A stretch of 64,000 bases of DNA from a virus (IMGVR_UViG_3300031414_000007:146532-210531); one strand, 5' to 3'. Shown: positions 55,579-63,217, numbered from the stretch's first letter. The notes: generated from the letters alone by a model not told the origin. Program-made: numbers and translations.

Positions 55579-56309
55579 TCATGATGAACAATCTCGTTGG
55601 AACAGCGTGTGCCTTAGACTCCTGCCGCTTCTATGCAGAGAATATGGTGCACATACAATTCGGCAGTTCTCTTTGTCCTGTGTCGCCTCAACCGCCATAC
55701 AATCAACCTGTCAATAATCGCAATCTGCATTCGTGGATTGAAAGTATTGAACTGGCGTTTGACAATGCAATCAGTCGTACCGATCTGCAATTCCAGTACG
55801 CAGGCATTCTCTATCGTTTCCGTTCTATCTACGGGAACTATGTGGCCCAATACCGCGATGACATTTCGGCTGGTCGTCAGTATCGTGCGAAAGTAGGAAC
55901 TCCGTTGGATGCGGTGCCGGAGCGGATTGAGGGCGAACATGCGAAAGAGTTTGCTTCTCGCTTCTTCAACTACACGGCAGGCCAAGTGACCGCGTTCTTA
56001 TACATGGTCTGTCTCGATCAGTATGCTCGTGAACAAACAGACTGCTATCTACCTGACCCACCACGAGCATTCGATTTGCCTCAGAACATCTTCAACGAAA
56101 GCCCTACCGCTTTCACGAAGACACACGACGTTCTGGTTAATCATCTGATGGAAGCGATGTTGCAGACGCATAGCGATACGCTGGACATTCATGTGTCGTT
56201 GCGTGATTACGGTCTGTCTGTTATCTTCCCGCTGGTGGCTGAGTGTCGCAATGTGATTTACGCCACCTGGCCAATCCCTAATGCCAAAGGACAAAAAGCA
56301 AATGTCTGA
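55575..56309 (+). CDS. Hypothetical protein
   Basis: 244 aa in the operon. Confidence 0.6.
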   Translation: MIMMNNLVGTACALDSCRFYAENMVHIQFGSSLCPVSPQPPYNQPVNNRNLHSWIESIELAFDNAISRTDLQFQYAGILYRFRSIYGNYVAQYRDDISAGRQYRAKVGTPLDAVPERIEGEHAKEFASRFFNYTAGQVTAFLYMVCLDQYAREQTDCYLPDPPRAFDLPQNIFNESPTAFTKTHDVLVNHLMEAMLQTHSDTLDIHVSLRDYGLSVIFPLVAECRNVIYATWPIPNAKGQKANV

Positions 56310-56835
56310 TGTTATTCTGTTTGACAATCAGAAAGACTGGGAAGACTTCGGTAGCGCGGTCTACGAAGAATTTCGTCTGAACGTGATGACAGGCAGTAGC
56401 AGCGCCAGTCAGATTCCTACAGTCGCACCGTTCGAAGACGTGAAACACCAACTCAGTTATTCGAACATTCTGCCTGAGGGTGAGCAATCGCCTATCGTTG
56501 TGCTGGACATCCTGATCATGGAAGTTGAACTGGCCGAAGGTGAATCGCGCAACTATAATGCAGACAGTCTGGACGAAGCTGTGCGCAAAGTTGTATCACT
56601 GTATCAGGCTCGCGCTCGTGATCTAGACTGCCACCTGACTGGTAACTTCATTACTGCCGATCATAAAGTTAATGGTGCGCTGTTGCGTATCTACCGTAAT
56701 CAGGACTTCGTGTGCAAAGGCCATCCTGAACTTCTGCACGGACGTCCTCTGGGCATGTTCCATTGTGACAAGTGCGGTGAGATGCAAATGGCCGGAGCAT
56801 TCCACTTGCCTAAAGAGGAAACTCAAAATGGTTAA
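56281..56835 (+). CDS. Hypothetical protein with C-terminal CxxC
   Basis: 184 aa; the start may be ATG 56302 (MSDVILF). Confidence 0.6.
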   Translation: MPKDKKQMSDVILFDNQKDWEDFGSAVYEEFRLNVMTGSSSASQIPTVAPFEDVKHQLSYSNILPEGEQSPIVVLDILIMEVELAEGESRNYNADSLDEAVRKVVSLYQARARDLDCHLTGNFITADHKVNGALLRIYRNQDFVCKGHPELLHGRPLGMFHCDKCGEMQMAGAFHLPKEETQNG

Positions 56836-57295
56836 AGGCGGACTGTGGCGCGTCTTCCCTGATTACGACTCAGAGGAGATGCTGCTCAAACTCGGTGCTG
56901 CTATCGGTATCGACCGTGACAGTGATGACGTGCCTGATGAATTGCACGTTACTCTGGCTTACGATGAATCGAACCCTGACGTTGAAGCAGAGCAAAACGA
57001 TGCGGGCCAGTTCTTTGGCACCGTTGCCTCTGCTGAATTGTTCGGCGAAGGTCAAGATAAGATTCTGGTGCTCGTACTCGAATCGCCTGACCTGCAACAG
57101 GAACACGCTCGTATTCATGCGTGTGGTGCTGCCAAGTTTGCGCACACTCCATACCGCCCGCATGTGACGTTACTCAAACATGCAAAAGACAGCCAAGCTG
57201 AATATCTCAACCAGATCATTCAGCATCCGGGCCGTCCTCCAATCACTCTGCGCTTCATCGAAGAAGATCGCAAGGTGCTGGAGAAGCGTAGCTAA
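56828..57295 (+). CDS. acb1: 2H phosphoesterase, Acb1/T4 gp57B-like anti-CBASS nuclease
   Basis: Two HxT motifs (LHVTLAY, PHVTL) and LVLVLESPDL...H....GA...PY.PH, matching T4 gp57B LVLVLDSEYL..RH...GA...Y.PHITL as recalled; start at ATG 56828. Confidence 0.75.
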   Translation: MVKGGLWRVFPDYDSEEMLLKLGAAIGIDRDSDDVPDELHVTLAYDESNPDVEAEQNDAGQFFGTVASAELFGEGQDKILVLVLESPDLQQEHARIHACGAAKFAHTPYRPHVTLLKHAKDSQAEYLNQIIQHPGRPPITLRFIEEDRKVLEKRS

Positions 57296-57299
57296 AACC

Positions 57300-57326
57300 T
57301 AGCGGTGGCCTTGGGCTGCCGCTTTT
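57300..57326 (+). terminator. Intrinsic terminator after acb1
   Basis: AGCGGTGGCC-TT-GGGCTGCCGCT followed by TTT. Confidence 0.65.
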
Positions 57327-57346
57327 GTCATTCTGGAGAAATTTCT

Positions 57347-57664
57347 ATGAAAATCTATGTAAGCCTTTCCCATGAGATTCGCGTTGGTCGTCAAGACTCT
57401 GATCAAGTTGATGTGCTTGAAACAACTGATGGCCAGAGACGTGCTGTTGAGCAACAAGAGAAAGAGCGCATTGTTGAAGAATATGGCATCGACACCCCTA
57501 AGGAGGAGATTGACGAAAAAGAGAAGGAACGCATTGAGCGCGAAGAGGAAAAGCGCGACGAAAACAAGACCAAAGCACCGGAAGATTTGGGTCAGCGTAA
57601 GCCGGAATCTGAACTCACTGGTTCTGAGATTCAAGACCAGCATGATAACCTGACAAAGATCTAG
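57347..57664 (+). CDS. Tagged small acidic protein
   Basis: Start moved to ATG 57347 (MKIYVSLSH) after GGAG; Glu-rich. Confidence 0.65.
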   Translation: MKIYVSLSHEIRVGRQDSDQVDVLETTDGQRRAVEQQEKERIVEEYGIDTPKEEIDEKEKERIEREEEKRDENKTKAPEDLGQRKPESELTGSEIQDQHDNLTKI

Positions 57665-57668
57665 GAAT

Positions 57669-57677
57669 CTGTAAATA
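57669..57677 (+). promoter_or_regulatory. CTGTAAATA box upstream of the sigma factor
   Basis: Exact motif. Confidence 0.7.
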
Positions 57678-57697
57678 AGAGTCAAAGCAACTAACAG

Positions 57698-58747
57698 GTG
57701 TATTTGACCATGAACAATAAGTCGAATCTCACAGGCGGTCAGATAGAAAGCGTCATGGACACAATGCTTCATGACTGCCTGCGTGAGATTGTTGAGAACA
57801 CGGACATATTCGATGTGCAACTGACCTATCTGTTGAACATGATTACGTCGAATAAAAAGCGAAAGCCGTACAACGCTGAGACGCGGGACCGTGCTATCAG
57901 CCTTCTGATTAAGGCGCTGTCTGTGCCTCGCGATCAGAAAATGATTTATATCCAGGAGCTTAAAATGGAGCGTAACTTCATTTACGTCTTCCTGGAAAAT
58001 GTAATTAAGCGATACTACACAACGTATGTAGATCTCTATCGGGGTTTCATTTCGACGCAAGATGCTGTTAAGCGCGAAGCGTATTCGAAACGCCTGAATG
58101 CCTACGTGAAGATGTTTGGGGCAGAGTCTCGCTCCAAACTCTTTATCGCGTTGTGTCGTTTGAACGATCTTCTGCCGCAGTTCATGGAATACTTCCACTC
58201 GGTAGTTGCTGACTTCTATAGACTATGCAGCAAGCAAACAAAATTTTATGTTGATACGAACCGCGGTAAGCTGTATGACAGCAAAGACGTGCGCCAGAAC
58301 TTCCTGCGCAACGTTATCGTGGCTATCAACAAGTATGACTCCTCTCGCGGTGCGATTGTGAGTTATACGAAGTGGTGGATCTTGAACGCCCAAACCTGTA
58401 GTAGCAGCGAGCATGAATACGGCATCGCTTATACTATTCCCCAGACTCAACGTAAGAAACTGGCGACAGGTGAAGATACCACTTCTCTGAATTTCTCGGT
58501 AAGTCTCGATACTCCTGCGAACGAATCTGATGAAGGTGCGGACGCGTCCCTACATCAAAAAGTGAGTGACCATCATCACTTAGAAGATCACGTAGATAGT
58601 GAAAGACGTACTGAAAAACTGAGGCTGCTTATTAAGCGCGTAGACCCACTCGGCGTTGCACGATTGACGATGGATGTGGGTGAGGAGTTCGATAAGTTCG
58701 AACTTGATATGATGCGCAAACATATGCAGGCTCAAGGGCTAGCCTAA
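57698..58747 (+). CDS. Phage sigma70-family factor lacking region 4
   Basis: DVRQNFLRNVIVAINKYDSSRGAIVSYTKWWI matches region 2.2-2.4; SLDTP matches the region 3.2 entry; the protein ends about 75 aa later with no HTH. Start may be ATG 57710. Confidence 0.75.
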   Translation: MYLTMNNKSNLTGGQIESVMDTMLHDCLREIVENTDIFDVQLTYLLNMITSNKKRKPYNAETRDRAISLLIKALSVPRDQKMIYIQELKMERNFIYVFLENVIKRYYTTYVDLYRGFISTQDAVKREAYSKRLNAYVKMFGAESRSKLFIALCRLNDLLPQFMEYFHSVVADFYRLCSKQTKFYVDTNRGKLYDSKDVRQNFLRNVIVAINKYDSSRGAIVSYTKWWILNAQTCSSSEHEYGIAYTIPQTQRKKLATGEDTTSLNFSVSLDTPANESDEGADASLHQKVSDHHHLEDHVDSERRTEKLRLLIKRVDPLGVARLTMDVGEEFDKFELDMMRKHMQAQGLA

Positions 58748-58749
58748 AA

Positions 58750-58758
58750 CTGTAAACA
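58750..58758 (+). promoter_or_regulatory. CTGTAAACA box upstream of SSB-recA
   Basis: One-mismatch motif. Confidence 0.6.
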
Positions 58759-58796
58759 GTGATCACATAAGCACAACTCAATATTGAGGAACAACA

Positions 58797-60059
58797 ATGG
58801 CACGTGGATTTGGTGACATTCAAGATAACAGCAAACGCGATAGTTTGCGTGAATCAGAAATCTTTGAAATCTTCCCGCTGGCGAAGAAAGCAAACGGCAA
58901 CTGGGTTTCAATTCGTCTGTTAGATCTCGACCTGCTTCCGATTAAGAAGCACTGGATCAAGATCATGGGCGGGAAAGACAAAGACAAAGAGATCAAAATC
59001 CCGCGCATGTGCGTTAGCTTCGACCCGGACAATCAGAACAAACCTCTGAACGGTATGAAGTGTCCGTACTGCGGCATCGCTCACGGCAACGACGAATCTG
59101 GTGCACCGGCGCAGTACGACTATAAGTGGTACGCACAGGCAATCATTCGTGACGAGCAGGCTGCTGCGCCGCGTAAAATGCCGAAGATGACCAAGAAAGA
59201 AGAGAAGTCCGGCAAGAAAGAAATGGGCAGCGAGTCTTGGACTCCTGTGCAGTGTATTCCTCTGTCTAACTCTCTGGCTGGTAAAATCCGCGAGCTGGGT
59301 GAACGTAATATTCACACGGTCAAAGACAAAAAGTCTGGCAAGAAGTCTAAGCAGGCGTTTCAGGTTAACCATCCGAAGTATGGCTGCGATATTGAAATCA
59401 AATACAACGCCAAAAAATCTCCGGCAGAGCGTTACACCATCGAACGTGGCGATCATACTCCACTGACGAAAGAAGAACAGGCGTACCTGACCTGGGACTT
59501 CGACAACTGGAACGAAATCTACGACATGCTGGGCCGTCTGAACGAAGAAGCTGCTATGGCTGACTTCAAGAAGATGGACGTTATCGGCGTTAACACCAAC
59601 GATTCTGACGATGGTGATGACGATGACGATGACGACGATGCTATGGCGCTGGGCCGCAAAAAGAAAGGCGGCAAAGCGGACAAGAAAAAACGTCGCAGCG
59701 ATGATGACGATGACGACGAAGATGACGACGATGATGAAGATGATCGTCCTTCCAAGAAGTCTAAAAAGGCGACCAAGTCTCGTAAGATGTTAGACGATGA
59801 CGAGGACGATGACGACGAAGACGACGAAGATGATCGTCCGTCGAAGAAAAAGAAATCTTCGAAAGACAAAAAGTCCTCGAAGGTTAAGTCTAAGAAGTCT
59901 AAGAAGTCAGATGATGACGACGAAGACGACGAAGACGAAAAGCCTAAGAAGAAGAAAAAGTCTTCTGACAAGGTGAAGTCTTCCGTTAAGAAGAAAAAGA
60001 AATCTTCTGACGACGATGACGACGACGCGCCGAAGAAAAAGAAGAAAAAGAAAAAGTAA
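58797..60059 (+). CDS. T4 gp32-like single-stranded DNA-binding protein with long Asp/Lys block tail
   Basis: IRLL, KKHWIK, C...CPYC, WYAQAIIRD, YGCDIEIK; sits between sigma and recA. Confidence 0.7.
   Translation: MARGFGDIQDNSKRDSLRESEIFEIFPLAKKANGNWVSIRLLDLDLLPIKKHWIKIMGGKDKDKEIKIPRMCVSFDPDNQNKPLNGMKCPYCGIAHGNDESGAPAQYDYKWYAQAIIRDEQAAAPRKMPKMTKKEEKSGKKEMGSESWTPVQCIPLSNSLAGKIRELGERNIHTVKDKKSGKKSKQAFQVNHPKYGCDIEIKYNAKKSPAERYTIERGDHTPLTKEEQAYLTWDFDNWNEIYDMLGRLNEEAAMADFKKMDVIGVNTNDSDDGDDDDDDDDAMALGRKKKGGKADKKKRRSDDDDDDEDDDDDEDDRPSKKSKKATKSRKMLDDDEDDDDEDDEDDRPSKKKKSSKDKKSSKVKSKKSKKSDDDDEDDEDEKPKKKKKSSDKVKSSVKKKKKSSDDDDDDAPKKKKKKKK
59601..60056 (+). repeat. Low-complexity coding region of alternating poly-Asp/Glu and poly-Lys blocks
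   Basis: GAY-rich and AAG-rich blocks; DDEDDRPSKK occurs twice. Confidence 0.85.
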
Positions 60060-60067
60060 TGTGAAAC

Positions 60068-60094
60068 AGGGTGGCTAACGCCGCCCTTTCTTTT
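60068..60094 (+). terminator. Intrinsic terminator after SSB
   Basis: GGGTGGC-TAAC-GCCGCCC followed by TTTCTTTT. Confidence 0.7.
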
Positions 60095-60116
60095 CTCTAA
60101 TCTGGACCACCCAACA

Positions 60117-62645
60117 ATGGCGAAAACGAACAACAAGGCTGAGAAGAAAGCTGAGAAGAAAGCTAAAGTCAAAGCCGGTAAGACAAAAGGCAAAGCAGTC
60201 GCCTCTGATGATATTGGCGGCGTAGAAGTAGCAGGCTTTGACCTTGGTAGTCTGATGGACGATGTGCTCGACGGCATCGAGAAGAAAACGAAAGTAAGCT
60301 CACAGGACGCAGCGCGACACGCACCTCGTATCTCTACTGGTGTGCTTGCGCTTGATATGTACCTTGACGGCGGCATCGTACCTGGCGGCTGGTATACTTT
60401 CAGCGGCGGTGAGCAGTCCTGTAAGTCAACAATGACCATGAGTATCATGGCGAGCCTGATTCGTCTGAAATACTCTGGCATTAGCGTAGTGTTCGACTAC
60501 GAAGGTTCTACTGATGCTGACTACGTTGCTGGCCAGCTCAAAACGTTTGGCGTTACTGTTGACGCGAAGACCATCTTTGGTGTGCGTGACGGTGACGACG
60601 GCAACTGGATTATCAAACCGCGTATTCGCTACTACGCGCCGGACAACGGTGAGCGCTTCTTCGATTATATGTCGATGTTGCGTCGTCGTCTGCCTGATAA
60701 GATCGTCGATAAAGACGGTAGCTCGTACTACATCTTTGAGAACAACAAAGAGAACGCCAAGAAGGTTGCTGGCAAGTACGATAAGAAGTGGTTCAGCCGT
60801 AACAACCAGTTCAAAGTTCCTGCGTCTGACGGTCACATGCAGGCTATGGTTATCGTTGACTCCTATCCTGCGATGATGCCGGATCAGGTCGATGATGACG
60901 ATGGCTCAAAAGCAATGGCACTGCAAGCGCGTATGTTCTCTGACGGCATCAAACGTTTCCGTGGCGGTATGCGTCGTAAGATGATGACTATCGTTGGCGT
61001 TAACCAGTTGCGTCAGAAACCTGCTGTGATGTTCGGTAGCCCTGAGTATGAGCCAGGCGGTGATGCGTTGAAGTTCTATTGCTTCGACCGTGACACTCTG
61101 ATTCGTACCAACCACGGCGTGATGACTGCCCCTGATATTGCGCAACTGCTGAAAGACGGCGTTAAAGTTTGCGTTGAATCGTTCGATGGTTATCAGCAAA
61201 TCAATGGCGCATGGAAAGTTGAAGACGCCCCGTTCCCAATCGAACTGTCTGCTGGCGGCCATAGTTACATCGGTAGTGCGGAGCACCGTCAGTTTGTTCT
61301 GGTACCTGGCGTAACTGCTGATGGCACGAATGTGTTCTATCCTGAGTGGCGTACTCTGAACGAGATGGCTACTGGTGGGCACGAAGGCGTATACGCTGGT
61401 CTGCGTGTCCCGCCTGTCAAAGAACTGAAACAGAACGTACCTGATGCGTTCGATGAAGCAAGCCAGCTTGTAAGCAGTCTGCTTGCTAACTGCGATCCGG
61501 TAAGCGTTCAACTGCCTCTGGCTGCGCACGGTGATACTACCTATGCAGCGAACGTGCTGACCATTGACGTAGTTGGTGAGAGCACTGATTCTTCCGACTT
61601 CTCGTTCTGGGCTAAGAAGCTGCTGGACATTGGCGTATTCGCTTACGCTGATGAACGTGGTATTCACATGCCTGGTCTGAACAAGCATGAGCTGGAAGAA
61701 GCTGTTGCGCAGGATGCTGACGGTGCGTTCCGTGGTCTGTCTTATGCCGCCACCTGTCGTCAACGTCAAACGCAGATGCTGATTGCTATTGCTGATCGCT
61801 TCCCGGAACTGACTCGCTATGTTCTGGACTATCAGTTGCAGGTAGGCGAAGCTAAAATCTATCTGGCTCCAGAGAACGACTTTGCCGAAGCGCTTGACCT
61901 GATTCTGCATCGTGAGATTGACGGGTACGATGACCTGTACGATCTGCTGATGCAGCAACTGGCTTACGTTGAAGACTGGTACAACTTCGATAGCTCTATC
62001 TTGCCTGTGCCGTTCTCGCTGAAAGTGCTGAACAAAGAAGTTGAGTTCTGGGATGTTAACGTTGCCGAGACTTCTGTGGTTATCACCAACGGCTTCGTAT
62101 CGCATAATAGTGATGTGCGCGTTCGTCTGGCTTCTCGTGCAGTACCTGATGCAGGCTGGACAAAACTCAAAGACGCACCTGGTGTTGTCGGTGAGAAGTC
62201 TGTCACTATTGAGGGCGGTACTGACCGCTATCGTTTCATTGCTGCTAAGACCATCAAGAACAAGATGGGTGGCATCCCGAACCAGCAGACTTGGTTGCGT
62301 CTGTGGGAAGCTGACGGTAATGGTGAAGCGCGCGGCTTCGACCCTGTGTTCGATACGTGGCACTATCTGAAAGTTCTCGGCCTGATCAACGGCACACGTA
62401 AGAGCTTTAAGATCAAAGCGCCTTGCCCTCTGGCTTCCGAAGTCAAGATGGACTGGGATGACTTCCGCACTCTTATCAACGGCACCAAGACACAAGTTGT
62501 CGATGTGTGTAAGAAGCTGAAAGTCAAACCTGCCGGCCTGCGTCTGTGGTGCTTCAAGTTCGTGCAATCTGCGAAAGGCAAAGAAATGTTGAAAGCGTCT
62601 ATCAGTAAGTCTGCGAAGACTTCTGGTGATGAAGACGACGAGTAA
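60117..62645 (+). CDS. recA: RecA/UvsX recombinase containing an intein
   Basis: ISTGVLALD, GGEQSCKST, VIVDS, VNQLRQK, GGDALKFY / SDVRVRL, KTIKNK. Confidence 0.9.
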   Translation: MAKTNNKAEKKAEKKAKVKAGKTKGKAVASDDIGGVEVAGFDLGSLMDDVLDGIEKKTKVSSQDAARHAPRISTGVLALDMYLDGGIVPGGWYTFSGGEQSCKSTMTMSIMASLIRLKYSGISVVFDYEGSTDADYVAGQLKTFGVTVDAKTIFGVRDGDDGNWIIKPRIRYYAPDNGERFFDYMSMLRRRLPDKIVDKDGSSYYIFENNKENAKKVAGKYDKKWFSRNNQFKVPASDGHMQAMVIVDSYPAMMPDQVDDDDGSKAMALQARMFSDGIKRFRGGMRRKMMTIVGVNQLRQKPAVMFGSPEYEPGGDALKFYCFDRDTLIRTNHGVMTAPDIAQLLKDGVKVCVESFDGYQQINGAWKVEDAPFPIELSAGGHSYIGSAEHRQFVLVPGVTADGTNVFYPEWRTLNEMATGGHEGVYAGLRVPPVKELKQNVPDAFDEASQLVSSLLANCDPVSVQLPLAAHGDTTYAANVLTIDVVGESTDSSDFSFWAKKLLDIGVFAYADERGIHMPGLNKHELEEAVAQDADGAFRGLSYAATCRQRQTQMLIAIADRFPELTRYVLDYQLQVGEAKIYLAPENDFAEALDLILHREIDGYDDLYDLLMQQLAYVEDWYNFDSSILPVPFSLKVLNKEVEFWDVNVAETSVVITNGFVSHNSDVRVRLASRAVPDAGWTKLKDAPGVVGEKSVTIEGGTDRYRFIAAKTIKNKMGGIPNQQTWLRLWEADGNGEARGFDPVFDTWHYLKVLGLINGTRKSFKIKAPCPLASEVKMDWDDFRTLINGTKTQVVDVCKKLKVKPAGLRLWCFKFVQSAKGKEMLKASISKSAKTSGDEDDE
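61080..62108 (+). mobile_element. Intein (343 aa) inserted after ALKFY of RecA
   Basis: Starts CFDRDTLIRT (Cys1); block B SAEH; block F/G FWDVNV...TNGFVSHN followed by Ser+1. Confidence 0.88.
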
Positions 62646-62652
62646 TAAACGC

Positions 62653-62677
62653 GGGAGGGCTTCGGCTCTCCCTTTAT
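62653..62677 (+). terminator. Intrinsic terminator after recA
   Basis: GGGAGGGC-TTCG-GCTCTCCC followed by TTTATT. Confidence 0.75.
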
Positions 62678-62694
62678 TCGTGTAAGGAGAACCA

Positions 62695-63117
62695 ATGCGT
62701 ACTCAAATCTTTACCGCTGATATTGTTAACCTGCAAACGACCACAACCAACGAAGAAACAGGCGAAGAGATTGTCACACAAACAATCGTGCCTAACGTCG
62801 AAGGTGAACTGACAATCAGTGTTGGTGAACTGTCTCGTCTGTCTGAAAGTCTGAGCGAGCCTACCGACGCTGACTGCCGCCTGATTGTTATCGTGTCTCC
62901 TGATGCGACACCTGTGTTCTACGACGAAGCGCTGTCCAGTTACTTCGACCCAATCGAGCGCGTCGCTGATATTCAGGCAGGCAACATCGGCACCATCAAC
63001 GGTCTGCAAGTCATCCGCGGCCTGCAGGGCGATCACCCTTACGTTGCAGTTGTCGAAGTACGTGACGCTGATACCGTAGAGATCGTTCGCTACAACGCGT
63101 CTGTAGTAAAACTGTAA
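62695..63117 (+). CDS. Hypothetical protein
   Basis: 140 aa, AAGGAG RBS. Confidence 0.65.
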   Translation: MRTQIFTADIVNLQTTTTNEETGEEIVTQTIVPNVEGELTISVGELSRLSESLSEPTDADCRLIVIVSPDATPVFYDEALSSYFDPIERVADIQAGNIGTINGLQVIRGLQGDHPYVAVVEVRDADTVEIVRYNASVVKL

Positions 63118-63120
63118 ATA
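63112..63120 (+). promoter_or_regulatory. CTGTAAATA box upstream of the repeat-containing leader
   Basis: Exact motif overlapping the upstream stop. Confidence 0.6.
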
Positions 63121-63155
63121 CTAAGTGGGAGTCATACTCCCACGTTCTCTGGCTT

Positions 63156-63207
63156 GATAGGCAATGCGCCACAAGCAAAACAAACTAACTCGATAGGCAA
63201 TGCGCCA
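63156..63207 (+). repeat. Perfect 16-bp direct repeat GATAGGCAATGCGCCA, two copies, 20-bp spacer
   Basis: Copies at 63156-63171 and 63192-63207; the second abuts the RBS of the next gene. Confidence 0.85.
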
Positions 63208-63217
63208 GGAGTGATTT

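Noticed and set aside
59519-60481. 320-aa Ser/Phe-rich minus-strand ORF
   Set aside because: Reverse complement of the Asp/Lys codon blocks of the SSB tail.
60906-62567. 553-aa minus-strand ORF opposite the RecA intein
   Set aside because: Antisense shadow of a strongly biased gene; not a hidden endonuclease (no LAGLIDADG, HNH or GIY-YIG motif).
63156-63207. Mini CRISPR array
   Set aside because: Only two 16-bp copies with a 20-bp spacer, shorter than known repeat/spacer sizes, and no cas operon; kept only as a regulatory-repeat finding.
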